From a virus, in the IMG/VR virus record IMGVR_UViG_3300020045_009879, positions 31,872 through 95,871 of that record: a DNA stretch of 64,000 nt. One strand, given 5' to 3'. A program made the position numbers and the translations under genes. Shown here one piece after another: positions 28,401 through 38,499 of this stretch. Each line of letters opens with the position of its first letter. Position 1 is the first letter of the stretch. Under the pieces are notes generated by a model. The model was not told where the DNA came from and did no database searches. It saw nothing but the letters and a program-made list of their open reading frames with translations.

Positions 28401-29700
28401 TGGGATGATATAGATATGTATAGTCTTGAATGCAGTCGTGCGTGGTTGGTATATTGGCGCTAGATATGGTATATGCCCTACCAGTTTGATCTACAGTAAC
28501 AGGCGAGGAATCGACTAATAATGCAACTACTCCGCCGACTGTAGCAGAATAACATCTAGAATCAAAAAAGTTAGCACTATTAACCGTAAGATCCATGTTA
28601 AGATCCCATGGATTCTCCTGAAGGTTAGCTAATATAAGTCTATTTTTCTTTCCTATGATACACCTTGGAACAAGTTCTATGCCACCAAGAAATGTTAATT
28701 GCTCAATAGATGATATATATTTAATTCTTCCATCATCAACGAGTCTTAAGCTAGCAGAACTGTCAATGGCATAATCGCCTATTACTGACACTGTTGGCGT
28801 TACGTTTAAGTCATTATATTTTATAGAATAGACTCTTACATAATCATAACTTGTATCAATATTGGAAATGGTAATTACGTTAGACTTACCGATCAGTTCA
28901 TCGACCGCTCCTCCGCCATTAGTCTTAGACATAACCTGCATCTCAGAGAGTGGTGACAGATTGGTCTGTCCTCCATTTATGTTATAAAGGTTATAGGCAT
29001 ACTGGATATATCCGGCGGTATGACTACCACCAGATAAGTGATCAATAATTTCTGGCTGTGAAAAATTAAACTGTGGCACCATGGAGAATACCTTCTTAGG
29101 TTTAACCATATTTATGGTGCTAAGTAAATTTATTGAGAACACTTGATGGACGCCATCTGCAATATATATTCTCTTAACTGATTCGCTTTCATGATTAATA
29201 ACTATATCATAGTTATAACTAGTAGACCATCCGAGAGAGTTAATATAAACCAGCGTTATCGATGGGCTCGCATATGTAGACACATTATATTTCCATATGC
29301 AGTCTACTACAGTGTTAGTAGTTAACAGGTATAAATCTGCCCCATCATTATATGTTGCGACGATTTTGCATGTCCCAAGCCCGCCAATCTGCGACTCTAA
29401 ATCTTGAATCTCTTGGTGTAATCCCAGCGAATATGTAAGTGTTGCAGATACACCATTAATATTATATGTCACCACAGTAGATGATATTGATACTATTGTG
29501 CCAAACTCTAATGCGATCTGATTACCATCAGCACATCGTATAATACCATCAGAGCCAATATTATTATCTGCAGTAGACGAATAGGAACTGGTTATGCGTC
29601 CATTCCTAAGCATAGAATAGACATTCTTGCCACGCTTAGAACTTGGAGAATCGGCATCAAGGCCGCCAGTATATGAATATGTTTCCTTCTTAATTGCCAT
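25459..29700 (-). CDS. Tail stabilisation / muzzle protein (P22 gp10-like)
   Basis: 1413 aa, beta-rich; YGNINRL...FQRDG...ELGTGQVL...Y and RMRG C-terminus; synteny after tail tubular protein. Confidence 0.85.
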   Translation of the reverse strand: MAIKKETYSYTGGLDADSPSSKRGKNVYSMLRNGRITSSYSSTADNNIGSDGIIRCADGNQIALEFGTIVSISSTVVTYNINGVSATLTYSLGLHQEIQDLESQIGGLGTCKIVATYNDGADLYLLTTNTVVDCIWKYNVSTYASPSITLVYINSLGWSTSYNYDIVINHESESVKRIYIADGVHQVFSINLLSTINMVKPKKVFSMVPQFNFSQPEIIDHLSGGSHTAGYIQYAYNLYNINGGQTNLSPLSEMQVMSKTNGGGAVDELIGKSNVITISNIDTSYDYVRVYSIKYNDLNVTPTVSVIGDYAIDSSASLRLVDDGRIKYISSIEQLTFLGGIELVPRCIIGKKNRLILANLQENPWDLNMDLTVNSANFFDSRCYSATVGGVVALLVDSSPVTVDQTGRAYTISSANIPTTHDCIQDYTYLYHPNEVAGTVYGGEGRHLSYKIKETSVASINTAGYDEEEIRSMKRGETYRWAVQFYNSRSQKSKPQWIADVRIPIVYTGMANDTRVAIEFTVSPTGHDILVAQGVIGYKFLRVERTSVDKTIVAQGIVSPMIFQDTSSFASRQTGSYFDGTYETIGHGDLQAPKMLKVPSPWLRHRLDQVDVPYEASHGDGIQREVKIYGMSNHSCISPHRAAPYGSTSAIRHTDGDRPWPWTEIFRDYDALPAGLAGLQISFQENRLMQLYSPDTVFADPLLSSGMKYRVVGSLTQDVRKIRGKLILINGEDVQFDQTDEAKTNLFSVATYNAYDAGINGNFINANGYIGPNKPYGELDQKSEQLLHHYRSYVFHSALGGTEGTILGTPELAKNDSLVRQYNGLSRYRYSNSLQTIVADCRDEYRDTFVERTLGLPIMGVDSIASQNITFVDSNEVPYETLMTSSLGAGMESTDDLLLMEIVNPLINQYGGNRYEDRTINKYIEVGHYNKIEDAATPYLIIDSGDVFVGDFTFARIARIDGVGFSESKIQLTEIVKFPVETSINIFNRNDMSFAGWSSTFLPTNEEFHKYNNVFSQEGNAIVSMPDPYLFVKNTNFSNRILASKPKMAGEIIDSWLDILSNEEMYVEGEYGNINRLLKLNDTVYCFQRDGVSVLSILPRVQIQGSDSVAIELGTGQVLNTYQYINTQSGCDDFNGIVSTSSAVYYADKIRRTINIINGSQVTGLSDKMLVSSYIKGFDASLTYKPEYSLGYDPMTDDVLFDIAKGYASPETPPSPASEVLMFNENASKFFGIYEFSPEFFCTVDGQLHSVPKSNTSQLYTHFTSGNSCNFYGAQKELELTICLNPEGGINDNIFNAIEWTHDVISTADKNTNYSSDVKNSSFADGADNITYFSAWNDYLTSSVLTTSSTPSIMSSIKRRFRISRLYIPRDATYPISRMRGQHLFIKIKYLPGTTSKSIFLNDISLYYNSLRQ

Positions 29701-30530
29701 TAATGTTTTCTAATTCTTTCAGGATGTCCTGCGTGACGGAAGAACTGTGCGTGTTGGTCATCATTGCCTATCAGTCTTCTGTAGGTATTAGACATAGCAG
29801 TTCTCTTGTCTATACTAGCATATGCAGCGTGAGATTGCGCCTGTCCGACCGCCCAAAGATATTCTTCATTTGCTCTTTGATATGCACGTACAACATCTTT
29901 ACCCATATCTTGCATGATGCCAAAATATTCTCTCTTAATATTATTCTCAATAGCCTTTTCTACCGCAACATCATTGGGTATCATGGGAACTCCATCATCA
30001 TCTAATAACAATCCATCGTAGGCAATATCCATTATGCCAGAAGAGAATGAGGTATATACATAGTTTCCATTAAACTTATATGTATTCTCTGGGGTTAAAT
30101 CGGTCATATCAGATCTATTATAGAACTCATGAAAAGTATCCGTTGCCTCATACATAGCCTCATAAGACTCTTGATCCACGCCTGTCGGGTAAGAGATAAT
30201 TTGTTCTGGTGCTACATAGGTAGCAGTTTCCATGTCTACTTCTGTAGTGTCTATGGGCTCATATATATCATAAGTCCACGTATCACCTTCTGTCAGGGCA
30301 TTTTGTACGCGCCTAGCCTGACGTACAAAAACCATATCACATGGCTTTATACATCTATTATTTTCTATATTTAACCGCACAATTTTACCCTGCAGGAACG
30401 CTGGCGACCCTATGAGTTTTATTACATCAACGGCCCACACTACGGCAGACTCATAAGCAAGATCGTTACACAGAGGATTTCTGTGAACACGATCGATTAC
30501 AGAATTTAAACTTATGAAATTACTGTACAT
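29700..30530 (-). CDS. Tail tubular / ring protein (P22 gp4-like)
   Basis: YKFNGNYVYTSFSSG...LDDDGVPMIP...YLWAVGQAQ; synteny. Confidence 0.8.
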   Translation of the reverse strand: MYSNFISLNSVIDRVHRNPLCNDLAYESAVVWAVDVIKLIGSPAFLQGKIVRLNIENNRCIKPCDMVFVRQARRVQNALTEGDTWTYDIYEPIDTTEVDMETATYVAPEQIISYPTGVDQESYEAMYEATDTFHEFYNRSDMTDLTPENTYKFNGNYVYTSFSSGIMDIAYDGLLLDDDGVPMIPNDVAVEKAIENNIKREYFGIMQDMGKDVVRAYQRANEEYLWAVGQAQSHAAYASIDKRTAMSNTYRRLIGNDDQHAQFFRHAGHPERIRKH

Positions 30531-31059
30531 ATTTACTGTTTTTATCGTCTAATGAGTCAAATGTTCCATTGAAGATATTCTTGGATACATCTCTTTTAAA
30601 CTTTCTATTTATCTGGGCCATATAAAATATCCTATTGCCAAACTTGCAGGTATCTTTCTTGTAGTCTATAGTAAAAAGATATCCAGAAGAATGATCATTG
30701 GTATGATACACCAACTGTTTAATTTCTTTTGTCTCTGGATATTCTACCCACAACTTCTTTGTTGCATCCCAGTTGGGTGGCAGTCGTTTATATGGATTAC
30801 CGTCTTTATCAAATTTCATCTTAGGTAGATACTTCCTTATAACTATCCTCCCTAGTGCATACGGTATTTTGAAGTCATACATTGTAGAAGACATTCTGTC
30901 TCTTAATGCACTAAATAACAAATCGAGTATTTTAGCATATTCTCCAGATGTTATTTTCTTATCGCCACTCCTCTTAACATAATCCTTATAATAATCCTCT
31001 ACACCGTAATCACATATTACCTTGTGGATTCTTATCAAGCCTTTCCTCTGTTGCATCAT
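30520..31059 (-). CDS. Conserved crAss IHF/HU-like protein
   Basis: Basic protein; FKIPYALGRIVIRK...PNWDATKKLW...HTNDHSSGY; synteny. Confidence 0.65.
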   Translation of the reverse strand: MMQQRKGLIRIHKVICDYGVEDYYKDYVKRSGDKKITSGEYAKILDLLFSALRDRMSSTMYDFKIPYALGRIVIRKYLPKMKFDKDGNPYKRLPPNWDATKKLWVEYPETKEIKQLVYHTNDHSSGYLFTIDYKKDTCKFGNRIFYMAQINRKFKRDVSKNIFNGTFDSLDDKNSKYVQ

Positions 31060-31669
31060 TTAATGAATCTTTGTTAATATTTAAATATTGTGCTAACTTC
31101 TGATCTACTATTTTCCTTACATCGAGCAATACACCATTAGATATTGGATACTCTTGATCCCAAAAGTCTAATTGCGAGTTTGGATTTGCTAAAAGCCACG
31201 CTGCTTCTGGATCTTCAAATAAGCCCCTTACGTTTATTGTGTTCAACAGTTTATACATCTCATTTTGACTATTGAAAATTATCTTACCATCGCTATTTAA
31301 CGCACAATAAATCATGTCCGTTGTGAATGGATTGTACCCAACAAATGGTAGTCTATCAATAGATACTACATTAATAGGTATCTCTAACGGACTTACTGTA
31401 TATGCTTTGATTGGGGCATTAGCGCTACCTGTAGTTTTAATAAGAGATGGTAACGATAGCGTAGTCATTGCATTGGTGCCTACTGCAAGTGTAACGAGTT
31501 GATACTCATTATATGGAACGATATTCCTCGGATCAGAATATCTCTGTTGCATAATTACCCCTCTTGCATTATTTATAAGATATGCGATATAGGTATTGAC
31601 AATAGATACATCATCCACCATGAGTCGAAACTGTTCTCTCACGTCATAAATCAACTCGCGTCCAGTCAT
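31010..31669 (-). CDS. Tail ring protein
   Basis: MTGRELIYDVRE...RGLFEDPE...YPI...NDATE; synteny. Confidence 0.7.
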   Translation of the reverse strand: MTGRELIYDVREQFRLMVDDVSIVNTYIAYLINNARGVIMQQRYSDPRNIVPYNEYQLVTLAVGTNAMTTLSLPSLIKTTGSANAPIKAYTVSPLEIPINVVSIDRLPFVGYNPFTTDMIYCALNSDGKIIFNSQNEMYKLLNTINVRGLFEDPEAAWLLANPNSQLDFWDQEYPISNGVLLDVRKIVDQKLAQYLNINKDSLNDATEERLDKNPQGNM

Positions 31670-31683
31670 AATAATTCTTTTTG

Positions 31684-31691
31684 CAAATATA
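31684..31691 (-). promoter_or_regulatory. Bacteroidota -7 promoter element
   Basis: Minus strand TATATTTG(CAAAA) 14 nt upstream of ATG 31669; no well-spaced -33. Confidence 0.6.
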
Positions 31692-31700
31692 CAACATATT

Positions 31701-31737
31701 AAACAAAAAAGGGTGACCCTTTCGAGACACCCCTTTT
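31701..31737 (-). terminator. Intrinsic terminator after the auxiliary capsid gene
   Basis: Minus strand GGGGTGTCTC-GAAA-GGGTCACCCT-TTTTTGTTT. Confidence 0.8.
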
Positions 31738-31773
31738 ATTGCTATAAGCTTATGAATAAGCTCCTTCGAAAAG

Positions 31774-32691
31774 TTACGCCAAATCCTTACCATAAGCGAT
31801 CAGAGCGGCGACATCAGTTTTTGCTGCATCGGCTACTGCGACTGTTAAATGGCGAGGAGACTGTTGTACTGCATGATTATGCTCATCGCCTCCCCAAAAT
31901 TGGAACTCGAACAATTCATAATCAGTACCATCGACGACATCAGATACGAAAGCAAAGTCGTTAGGCCAAGCCTGTCCTCTGTAGGAGTCAGCGAAGGCGC
32001 CACGGGTTTGCCATTCCAAATCTTTCAGGAAGTTTACACTTGTTGGATTTTGAACCCCAGCAGTATAGGCCAGAGCCAATCCAGTAATTGCATTAGTTGT
32101 AACACTAACTTCTGTAGCTTTAACAACGAAATCAATTGGCCGACCATCTTTCTTACCAGTAACAAACGGAAGAGCAATGGACTGCAGAGTAATGACCGCG
32201 CCGCTAGAGGTAATAGTAAAATAAGTTTGACCCATTCTTGTTTGGGCTGCATTAAGACTAGCAGTTAAACCAGTGGCAATGTTTGTGGTATTGGTATCTA
32301 CTGCAATAAATGAGCCAGTAAGGAAAACCACGTCTTCCGTACTAAGAGAACCATCACCAATAATTTTAACAACACATTCATAAAGATCTCCAACGACACC
32401 AGTAGCAACGGTTACAGTTACACTTGGAAGGACTGGAGATACATTAGCGACTTGTTTGTAGGAAATAATCTTCAGTGGATCGATCATGTCAGACCTGCGA
32501 ACACGTCCATCAAGATGTTTGTAGAGAAAATAAAATGGAACCTGGGCATTGTTTGCAACACCGCCGAATTGGGTGAACAGTTGAATCTCTCCAGCAGAGG
32601 CAGTTGCAACAAAAGTGGCCGGAGTTGTCTCAGTGGCTTTTGCGCTAGCGACGATAAGATCCCGTTCTTGATTAATAGAATACTGTGACAT
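31774..32691 (-). CDS. Auxiliary (decoration) capsid protein
   Basis: MSQYSINQERDLIV...RSDMID...DLEWQTRG...YRG..WP...QQSPRHLTV; synteny after ring genes. Confidence 0.75.
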   Translation of the reverse strand: MSQYSINQERDLIVASAKATETTPATFVATASAGEIQLFTQFGGVANNAQVPFYFLYKHLDGRVRRSDMIDPLKIISYKQVANVSPVLPSVTVTVATGVVGDLYECVVKIIGDGSLSTEDVVFLTGSFIAVDTNTTNIATGLTASLNAAQTRMGQTYFTITSSGAVITLQSIALPFVTGKKDGRPIDFVVKATEVSVTTNAITGLALAYTAGVQNPTSVNFLKDLEWQTRGAFADSYRGQAWPNDFAFVSDVVDGTDYELFEFQFWGGDEHNHAVQQSPRHLTVAVADAAKTDVAALIAYGKDLA

Positions 32692-32734
32692 AATAAAAAA
32701 GTATTAAGTTAAATATGATTATTTATAAATTTGT

Positions 32735-33454
32735 TTAAGCTTCATCAGAGGCTTTTTCTCTTACCGCTTTTGAGTTAACATCATCAGACTTTGCTTCGTA
32801 GGCAATAAGAATTGCTTTATTTAGAATTTTATTGTGCAACATCTCCAGGGGTGCAACAGCGGTTAAATCAGAATTGGTTGATACACCATTAATACTTGCA
32901 CCCAAGAGACTATCTGTGACTATAAACGCCGGAACTTTTGATACATATCGTATGAAATAAACTGGATTTGTGTTTGCAAGAACGCTGGTTATAATTTCAG
33001 CATAACTATCACTATCTACCGTAAGGCTGTTTCTATATGCATAGGGACGCGCTGTAGGCGTTCGAAATGGATTATCCATAACATAGGCCGTTTCATCGTC
33101 AGATAATGGTTTTACACGGTCTATAATGACGCCACCAGACGTTTTAAGAAACTCTAAAACAACATACAGAACATCTGATGGAACCAAATAAGTTAACGAC
33201 AAAGCGCTAATTTTATGATCTGAACTTACACTAGACAAACTAATATGTGCAGATTTAGTAATTGGAAGGAGTTGCTTCTTGATTTTCTCATTTCTATCAT
33301 AGAACGGCAATAACTCCTTAACCATTTCATCTGCAGCCTGAGTCAAAAACAGAGATTTCTCATATTCATCAAAGAATAAAAGCTTCTCATATTTTGATTC
33401 AGCGTGTCTGTTTGAATAGACGTCAAAATTATCAGATAGTTCCTTATATGTCAT
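32735..33454 (-). CDS. Tail ring protein, paralog of 33454..34236
   Basis: FDVY.N...EYEKSLFLTQA...YFIRY...H..IL.KAI..A. Confidence 0.75.
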   Translation of the reverse strand: MTYKELSDNFDVYSNRHAESKYEKLLFFDEYEKSLFLTQAADEMVKELLPFYDRNEKIKKQLLPITKSAHISLSSVSSDHKISALSLTYLVPSDVLYVVLEFLKTSGGVIIDRVKPLSDDETAYVMDNPFRTPTARPYAYRNSLTVDSDSYAEIITSVLANTNPVYFIRYVSKVPAFIVTDSLLGASINGVSTNSDLTAVAPLEMLHNKILNKAILIAYEAKSDDVNSKAVREKASDEA

Positions 33455-34236
33455 TATTCAGCACGCTTATTTAATTCGACCTGTGAATTTAAATCACCCA
33501 AAAAGTCGCTTTTGGCTATTTCGATTGCTCTTGCAAGAATCTCATCATGCAACTCTGGTGCCAACTCACACTCTGTGACTACCGAAATGTTCTCAATTGT
33601 AAGGCCTTGCCCAGAAAGACTTTCTAAAATGATTGGAGCTGGACGTTTAAGATATCTCACATAGTAAACATATGCAAGAGAGATATTAAAATTACTCTTA
33701 GTGATAAGTTCTACGTCAAGACTGGAAGAGACACCATTAGTTATTGCACCACTCCTAACAAATCTCCATGTCTGTCTAAGTGGTGGATCTTTATATGCTT
33801 TACCCAGAATCGTTTGATATTGTTTGTAATCAATAGGGACAACTGTGGTATCATAAACATATGCCGATGGACTCCCGGTACCATTGAAAGAGAATCTCTC
33901 ATTTAGAACCATCATTACATTATCTGTAATGCGAACCCTTAATGTCTTGATTCCAAATTCTGTCTGTCCGGTGACAGCTCCGGTAGTAGTAGCTTGTGTA
34001 CCAGTACCAATAGCTTGCACCTTGATAATATTAGAAAAGTCAACATCCCTCTTGGGAGAACCATCAAACCCCTCTTGGTATTTATTACCTTTGGGGTTAA
34101 AGTAGTTCTTGACAATTTCTAGTTGAGCCTGAGTAAGATATAATGACTTTTCATATTCAGTAACACTATGTGCAAGATTACTGTCTATATTATTAAACCT
34201 AACGTCAAACTGTCTTGAAAATTCTGCAGTAGTCAT
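33454..34236 (-). CDS. Tail ring protein
   Basis: EFSRQFDVRFNNI...EYEKSLYLTQAQ...RYLKRPAPIIL...CEL..ELHDEILARA. Confidence 0.8.
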   Translation of the reverse strand: MTTAEFSRQFDVRFNNIDSNLAHSVTEYEKSLYLTQAQLEIVKNYFNPKGNKYQEGFDGSPKRDVDFSNIIKVQAIGTGTQATTTGAVTGQTEFGIKTLRVRITDNVMMVLNERFSFNGTGSPSAYVYDTTVVPIDYKQYQTILGKAYKDPPLRQTWRFVRSGAITNGVSSSLDVELITKSNFNISLAYVYYVRYLKRPAPIILESLSGQGLTIENISVVTECELAPELHDEILARAIEIAKSDFLGDLNSQVELNKRAE

Positions 34237-35111
34237 TACTCAGTAATTTTAGTTTTATTCTCGATCTTTAATCTCAGTGGTTGATTAATCGGCAGATCTA
34301 AGAAGTTTGCAGCCATTGACAATGTTGCATCTCCGGATGATGACAATGGTTTGCCTTCCTCTGTAAGATACTGTCCATCAACAAATCTGATAATACTATT
34401 TCTAACGGCATTATCAATAAGCATTTTGGTCTTCAATTGTTTGTCATTAAGTACCAAAATAAACTCCTTTGTATTACCCTCTATGATATCGCCTATCCAT
34501 CCCTGAATCGTTGACATCTTAGTATTCTTAGCAACCTGTGTTCCCCTTACTGCCTTACAAACATATTCAAGAACATCACGCTCTTCTTCGTATTTACCAT
34601 ACAGTTTGTATGCCTCTTGTTTTGACGTAAGCGACTTAACAGATTGTTTTTCTTTTTCACCCTCTTTAACTGCATAAAACAGATAAGAGGCCTTTTGGTT
34701 AACTACATCAAATGACGACGCAACAATGTCGTCATATGCAAGGGCAATCTTGGCTTTAATAAAATCTTCGGGAGATGACATATCAAATGCGTTCTCACCT
34801 TTTTCTAACCTAACCCTTACCGTTTCCCAGTAGTTATTATCTTTTTTATAAACACTTAATCCATCCTTGCCAAGTTGCATATGTTCTTCCAAATACAACT
34901 TCTCATCATTTGTTAAAACATTCTTGAAGTCCCCGTTCCTTAGTAATGGGGTTGACAGTATCTTAACTGAACCCTCTAACATGCCGCCATATAAAATATG
35001 TTTTGGATTGGTGACAAAACCTCTTGGTCTTGGATAAAACTTAATGATTAATTTTTTGTCCTCTAAACAACTTACTAATTGCTCTTCTCTTTCTTCAGTA
35101 TTCTTTGCCAT
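34236..35111 (-). CDS. Conserved crAss protein downstream of MCP
   Basis: 291 aa; NPKHILYGGM...NVLTNDEK..LE; synteny. Confidence 0.7.
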   Translation of the reverse strand: MAKNTEEREEQLVSCLEDKKLIIKFYPRPRGFVTNPKHILYGGMLEGSVKILSTPLLRNGDFKNVLTNDEKLYLEEHMQLGKDGLSVYKKDNNYWETVRVRLEKGENAFDMSSPEDFIKAKIALAYDDIVASSFDVVNQKASYLFYAVKEGEKEKQSVKSLTSKQEAYKLYGKYEEERDVLEYVCKAVRGTQVAKNTKMSTIQGWIGDIIEGNTKEFILVLNDKQLKTKMLIDNAVRNSIIRFVDGQYLTEEGKPLSSSGDATLSMAANFLDLPINQPLRLKIENKTKITE

Positions 35112-35130
35112 TATACTTAAAATATTTGTT

Positions 35131-35180
35131 AAACAAAATTGGGGGAGAGAGTCTTCTAAATACTTACCCCTCCCCCCTTT
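35131..35180 (-). terminator. Hairpin/terminator after the major capsid gene
   Basis: Minus strand GGGGGAGGGGT...ACTCTCTCCCCC followed by AATTTTGTT. Confidence 0.6.
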
Positions 35181-35184
35181 GTGA

Positions 35185-36705
35185 TTATGCTAATTCAACA
35201 GGAATCAAACTTGCTGTCCTTGATGGATCGAGAACGATCGCCCCAAGGGTACATTGTTTATGGATTACTGCAGAGTCTTCATCATATGACATGTTGTCAT
35301 TGTTAATTGCACCAGTGAACGGGTTTCTAAAGCCCCACTGATAACCACGAATTTCTTCCTGACCCTTGATCTTGGCGATCTGAATGTTTGGCTCTTCCAT
35401 GCTACCAATATACAGGATGTCATAACGATATGACTCTGCTGGCATAGGAACTGAACCGCGGAAATCAGATGCTTGAGTTTTATTACGAACTGGATCGTCA
35501 TAGAAAGGATCTACCTCAACACCTACAACAACACCATTAGGAGCGCGCCATTCAACGAATTGGAATCCAACAGACAATGCGTTATCATGCAAAGGAGATT
35601 TAACCCCTCTCATGTTGCCAGCATTATCGTCAAACCTCATACCTGCAGTAACGGTACCAAGCCATCCTTGTGCGATGTCTGTAATTGCTTTGTGGAACTG
35701 AGCAGCTCCGCCTTCTCCTGTGCGTAAAATGAACTTACGTTCACCCATACCCAACTTAGAGTGAGACAAACTGTAAAGCATATCCTCGATATAACGAATG
35801 CTGAACTTGCCATAATACTGAGTATTAGACACCTCCATTTGTTCGCGAATACCAGAACCCATCTTAATAGCATTACCAGACTTACCAATATTCTGATATT
35901 CACCAGTGGAATCACGGTTAGTACGAGAATAGATGATAGCATGATTTTTCTCTTCAGAAAATTCTTCTTCCAGCTTGAAGTCAACATAGTGCATCCAGCC
36001 ATTCATGGTCTGTTTGTTACCAGCCTTATCAACAACAGGAATACCCATCTGGATCTTCATGTCGTCAATGTTGCCAGGAACTTTATGCTTGATACGAATG
36101 GTTGTCCACTCGTTACGCATAGATGTGGGAGAGGTGAAGTGAATATCCCCAACTTGGCGAGACATTTTTTCTTCAACAGGAGAGAAGTCTTTAGAGAAAC
36201 GTTTCCCAGCGATAAGTTCTGAACCTGGCATGCCAGAAGAGTTAACACCAAGCAGTTCTACGGTGTAAACAACGTACGAACCCTCATTGCGACCGTCACC
36301 GATAACACGCAAAGGATACAATTCATTCTTTTCGCCAACGATTTGGTTGCCATCAGCAAACCAATCTTCTTCGAACAGAAGTTCAAAACGATGTCCAGCA
36401 GCACCAACATTGGTTGTACCTGTAACGATAGGATCTACTCCCGATTCGCGCGCAGAAACCAATTTGATATTACGCCTAGAAGAGCCAATTAACTGCCATA
36501 CAAATTCATCGGAAGTATCGAAATACTTCACGGGAAACTGTTGCAGATAACTCTCTAGAGATTTACCACGATTATAGGCCAAGAGCTGAATCATGTTCTT
36601 AGCGGCAGCTTGTGGCTGTCCTTTGAAGATTGACCTAACATGGTTTTTGTCAGTAAGTCCCTGCCACGCTTTGGGGGCAGTCATTTGAAATTTACCTAAA
36701 CTCAT
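35185..36705 (-). CDS. Major capsid protein (crAss-type HK97 fold)
   Basis: 506 aa; WQGLT.KNH, F.EDWFADG, MRNEWTTIR, GSGIREQ, TGEGGA.QFH, GFQFVEW.APNG, ESYRYDI, G.RNPFTG. Confidence 0.92.
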   Translation of the reverse strand: MSLGKFQMTAPKAWQGLTDKNHVRSIFKGQPQAAAKNMIQLLAYNRGKSLESYLQQFPVKYFDTSDEFVWQLIGSSRRNIKLVSARESGVDPIVTGTTNVGAAGHRFELLFEEDWFADGNQIVGEKNELYPLRVIGDGRNEGSYVVYTVELLGVNSSGMPGSELIAGKRFSKDFSPVEEKMSRQVGDIHFTSPTSMRNEWTTIRIKHKVPGNIDDMKIQMGIPVVDKAGNKQTMNGWMHYVDFKLEEEFSEEKNHAIIYSRTNRDSTGEYQNIGKSGNAIKMGSGIREQMEVSNTQYYGKFSIRYIEDMLYSLSHSKLGMGERKFILRTGEGGAAQFHKAITDIAQGWLGTVTAGMRFDDNAGNMRGVKSPLHDNALSVGFQFVEWRAPNGVVVGVEVDPFYDDPVRNKTQASDFRGSVPMPAESYRYDILYIGSMEEPNIQIAKIKGQEEIRGYQWGFRNPFTGAINNDNMSYDEDSAVIHKQCTLGAIVLDPSRTASLIPVELA

Positions 36706-36738
36706 GTAATTAAATAATTAAATAAAACAAAAAAAATA

Positions 36739-37845
36739 TTAAGCCTCCTCGTCAAACTTATAATCTCTAGCGCCGTAATTTGAATCTTCGTCGCGTGATG
36801 GATTGGAGACATTTCCCATCTTGTCGAAATTTGTACTATTCAGTAGCGTTTCTAATTGTTGAGCGGCCTTAGATGTAGCCTTTTTTGTGATGAACGAATC
36901 AAACTTTTTAAAGCCATCAGTAATAGAATAGAACCATGCTAGTTTATGCTGAAAATCAATTGGGTTTTCCATTTGATATTTCGTTAATGCATTTACAAGC
37001 GTTCCATCTTCTGTCTTTGCGACTGGTTTTGATATTACGTCAAACATTTTATCTCTAAGCTGTTTGGGCACGTCAAATATTTCACCAATCTTTTCGGTAT
37101 TAAAGAATGCGTCCTTAAGTGTTGTTTCGTATTCCTTATACTGTTTTACTTGATCTGCGCGTAGCTGAGTCTGATAATCTAACTCCCTCTGCTGATCTAA
37201 CTTTATTGCATCTCTAAGGTCATCTCTTGCGCTCTTTGCCTCCTCAAGATCCTCTGCTAAGTCTACGTGAGTCTGCGCTAATTTCCTGGCCTTGTCCTCA
37301 TTGATACCCTTAGCCATATAGGCCCTTGTAATTATTTCTTTTCTTAGTATTTCATCATCCGCCAACTGTTGATCTGTCAGCGAATCAATTGCTAGTTCGT
37401 TCTGCTTATTCTCAATAAATTTTTCAGCAGGAATGCCTGCCTTAAGCGCCAATAGATAGTCTTTTTGTAGTTGTGTAAATCCATTGACCTCGCTGAGATC
37501 AAATCCAAGTGCGTCTTTTATCGCCTTACTATTAGCTTCTTTAATCTTGTTTCCAAGTTTATCAAAACTATCTATCTTTTCATTTTCATCAAGAACGAGA
37601 TCAGAAAAGAAACCCTCTTCTTTAAGAGCCTTAGCAAGAGAAGAGTAGAGATTTGGCAAAGATTCATCGCGCTCTTTGTCTAAGGACTCCTCTTCATCAC
37701 TCTTGCCAGCTACTATCTCCTGAGTCTCCTCATCGCTGGATTTTTCTTGATTATCTTTTTGATCCTCATTGGGATCTTCTTCATCAAACCTGACTGCGAA
37801 CTCATCATCAAACAGTTCCAGCCCTAAACCTTCATTTACTTCCAT
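36739..37845 (-). CDS. Putative scaffolding/assembly protein upstream of MCP
   Basis: Acidic N-terminus, coiled coil; YSSLAKALKEEG; synteny. Confidence 0.65.
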   Translation of the reverse strand: MEVNEGLGLELFDDEFAVRFDEEDPNEDQKDNQEKSSDEETQEIVAGKSDEEESLDKERDESLPNLYSSLAKALKEEGFFSDLVLDENEKIDSFDKLGNKIKEANSKAIKDALGFDLSEVNGFTQLQKDYLLALKAGIPAEKFIENKQNELAIDSLTDQQLADDEILRKEIITRAYMAKGINEDKARKLAQTHVDLAEDLEEAKSARDDLRDAIKLDQQRELDYQTQLRADQVKQYKEYETTLKDAFFNTEKIGEIFDVPKQLRDKMFDVISKPVAKTEDGTLVNALTKYQMENPIDFQHKLAWFYSITDGFKKFDSFITKKATSKAAQQLETLLNSTNFDKMGNVSNPSRDEDSNYGARDYKFDEEA

Positions 37846-37947
37846 CTTCTCTACTCTTTTAAATTAATACTTTGCCAAATACCAATACAAAAATAATACT
37901 CATGCGTATAATTTGGTACCACATATACTCACCAACCACTGATATCG

Positions 37948-38499
37948 CTAAAATAATCCCTTAATCTTTGTAAGTGCATTACCAGCAGACGTAATGATGC
38001 CTCCAGATGTAGATTTATTTACAATCCATAGTGCGCCACCAACCAATAATAGAATAACAAACCACCCGCTGTATTTAAAAAACTTAGGAATGTATTTTTC
38101 TGCAGGAAGAATTACGACATTTGCCGTCTCTTTGACTACTTTAGTTATGGTTATCGTATCAACCCTAATGGTCTCCACGTATGTCTTATTTAACCAGGCA
38201 TCGACAGTAAGCCTGTTATTCAAAACCCACGCCTTGGCCGTAATAAAGCCCTTGGTGACACTGACGGGTTCAAGTGATACCAGAGTACCATTTACGGTTA
38301 ATATTCGATCTATGGTCACCGTATCGCTTGGCAATTGAATTCTAACTGTATCCTTACGATAAATAGTGGTATCTCTATACACTGTAGTGGTGTTAAGACA
38401 CACCTTAGCAAATTCATCGCAATTACGCTGGATTCTTCCGACCGTTAAGCATGAAGACAAAAAAATCGCCATAAGCGATATTAATAATAGTTTTTTCAT
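37948..38499 (-). CDS. Putative unimolecular spanin
   Basis: Lipoprotein signal MKKLLLISLMAIFLSS-C, beta-rich middle, C-terminal TM (GWFVILLLVGGALWIV); directly follows the endolysin. Confidence 0.7.
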   Translation of the reverse strand: MKKLLLISLMAIFLSSCLTVGRIQRNCDEFAKVCLNTTTVYRDTTIYRKDTVRIQLPSDTVTIDRILTVNGTLVSLEPVSVTKGFITAKAWVLNNRLTVDAWLNKTYVETIRVDTITITKVVKETANVVILPAEKYIPKFFKYSGWFVILLLVGGALWIVNKSTSGGIITSAGNALTKIKGLF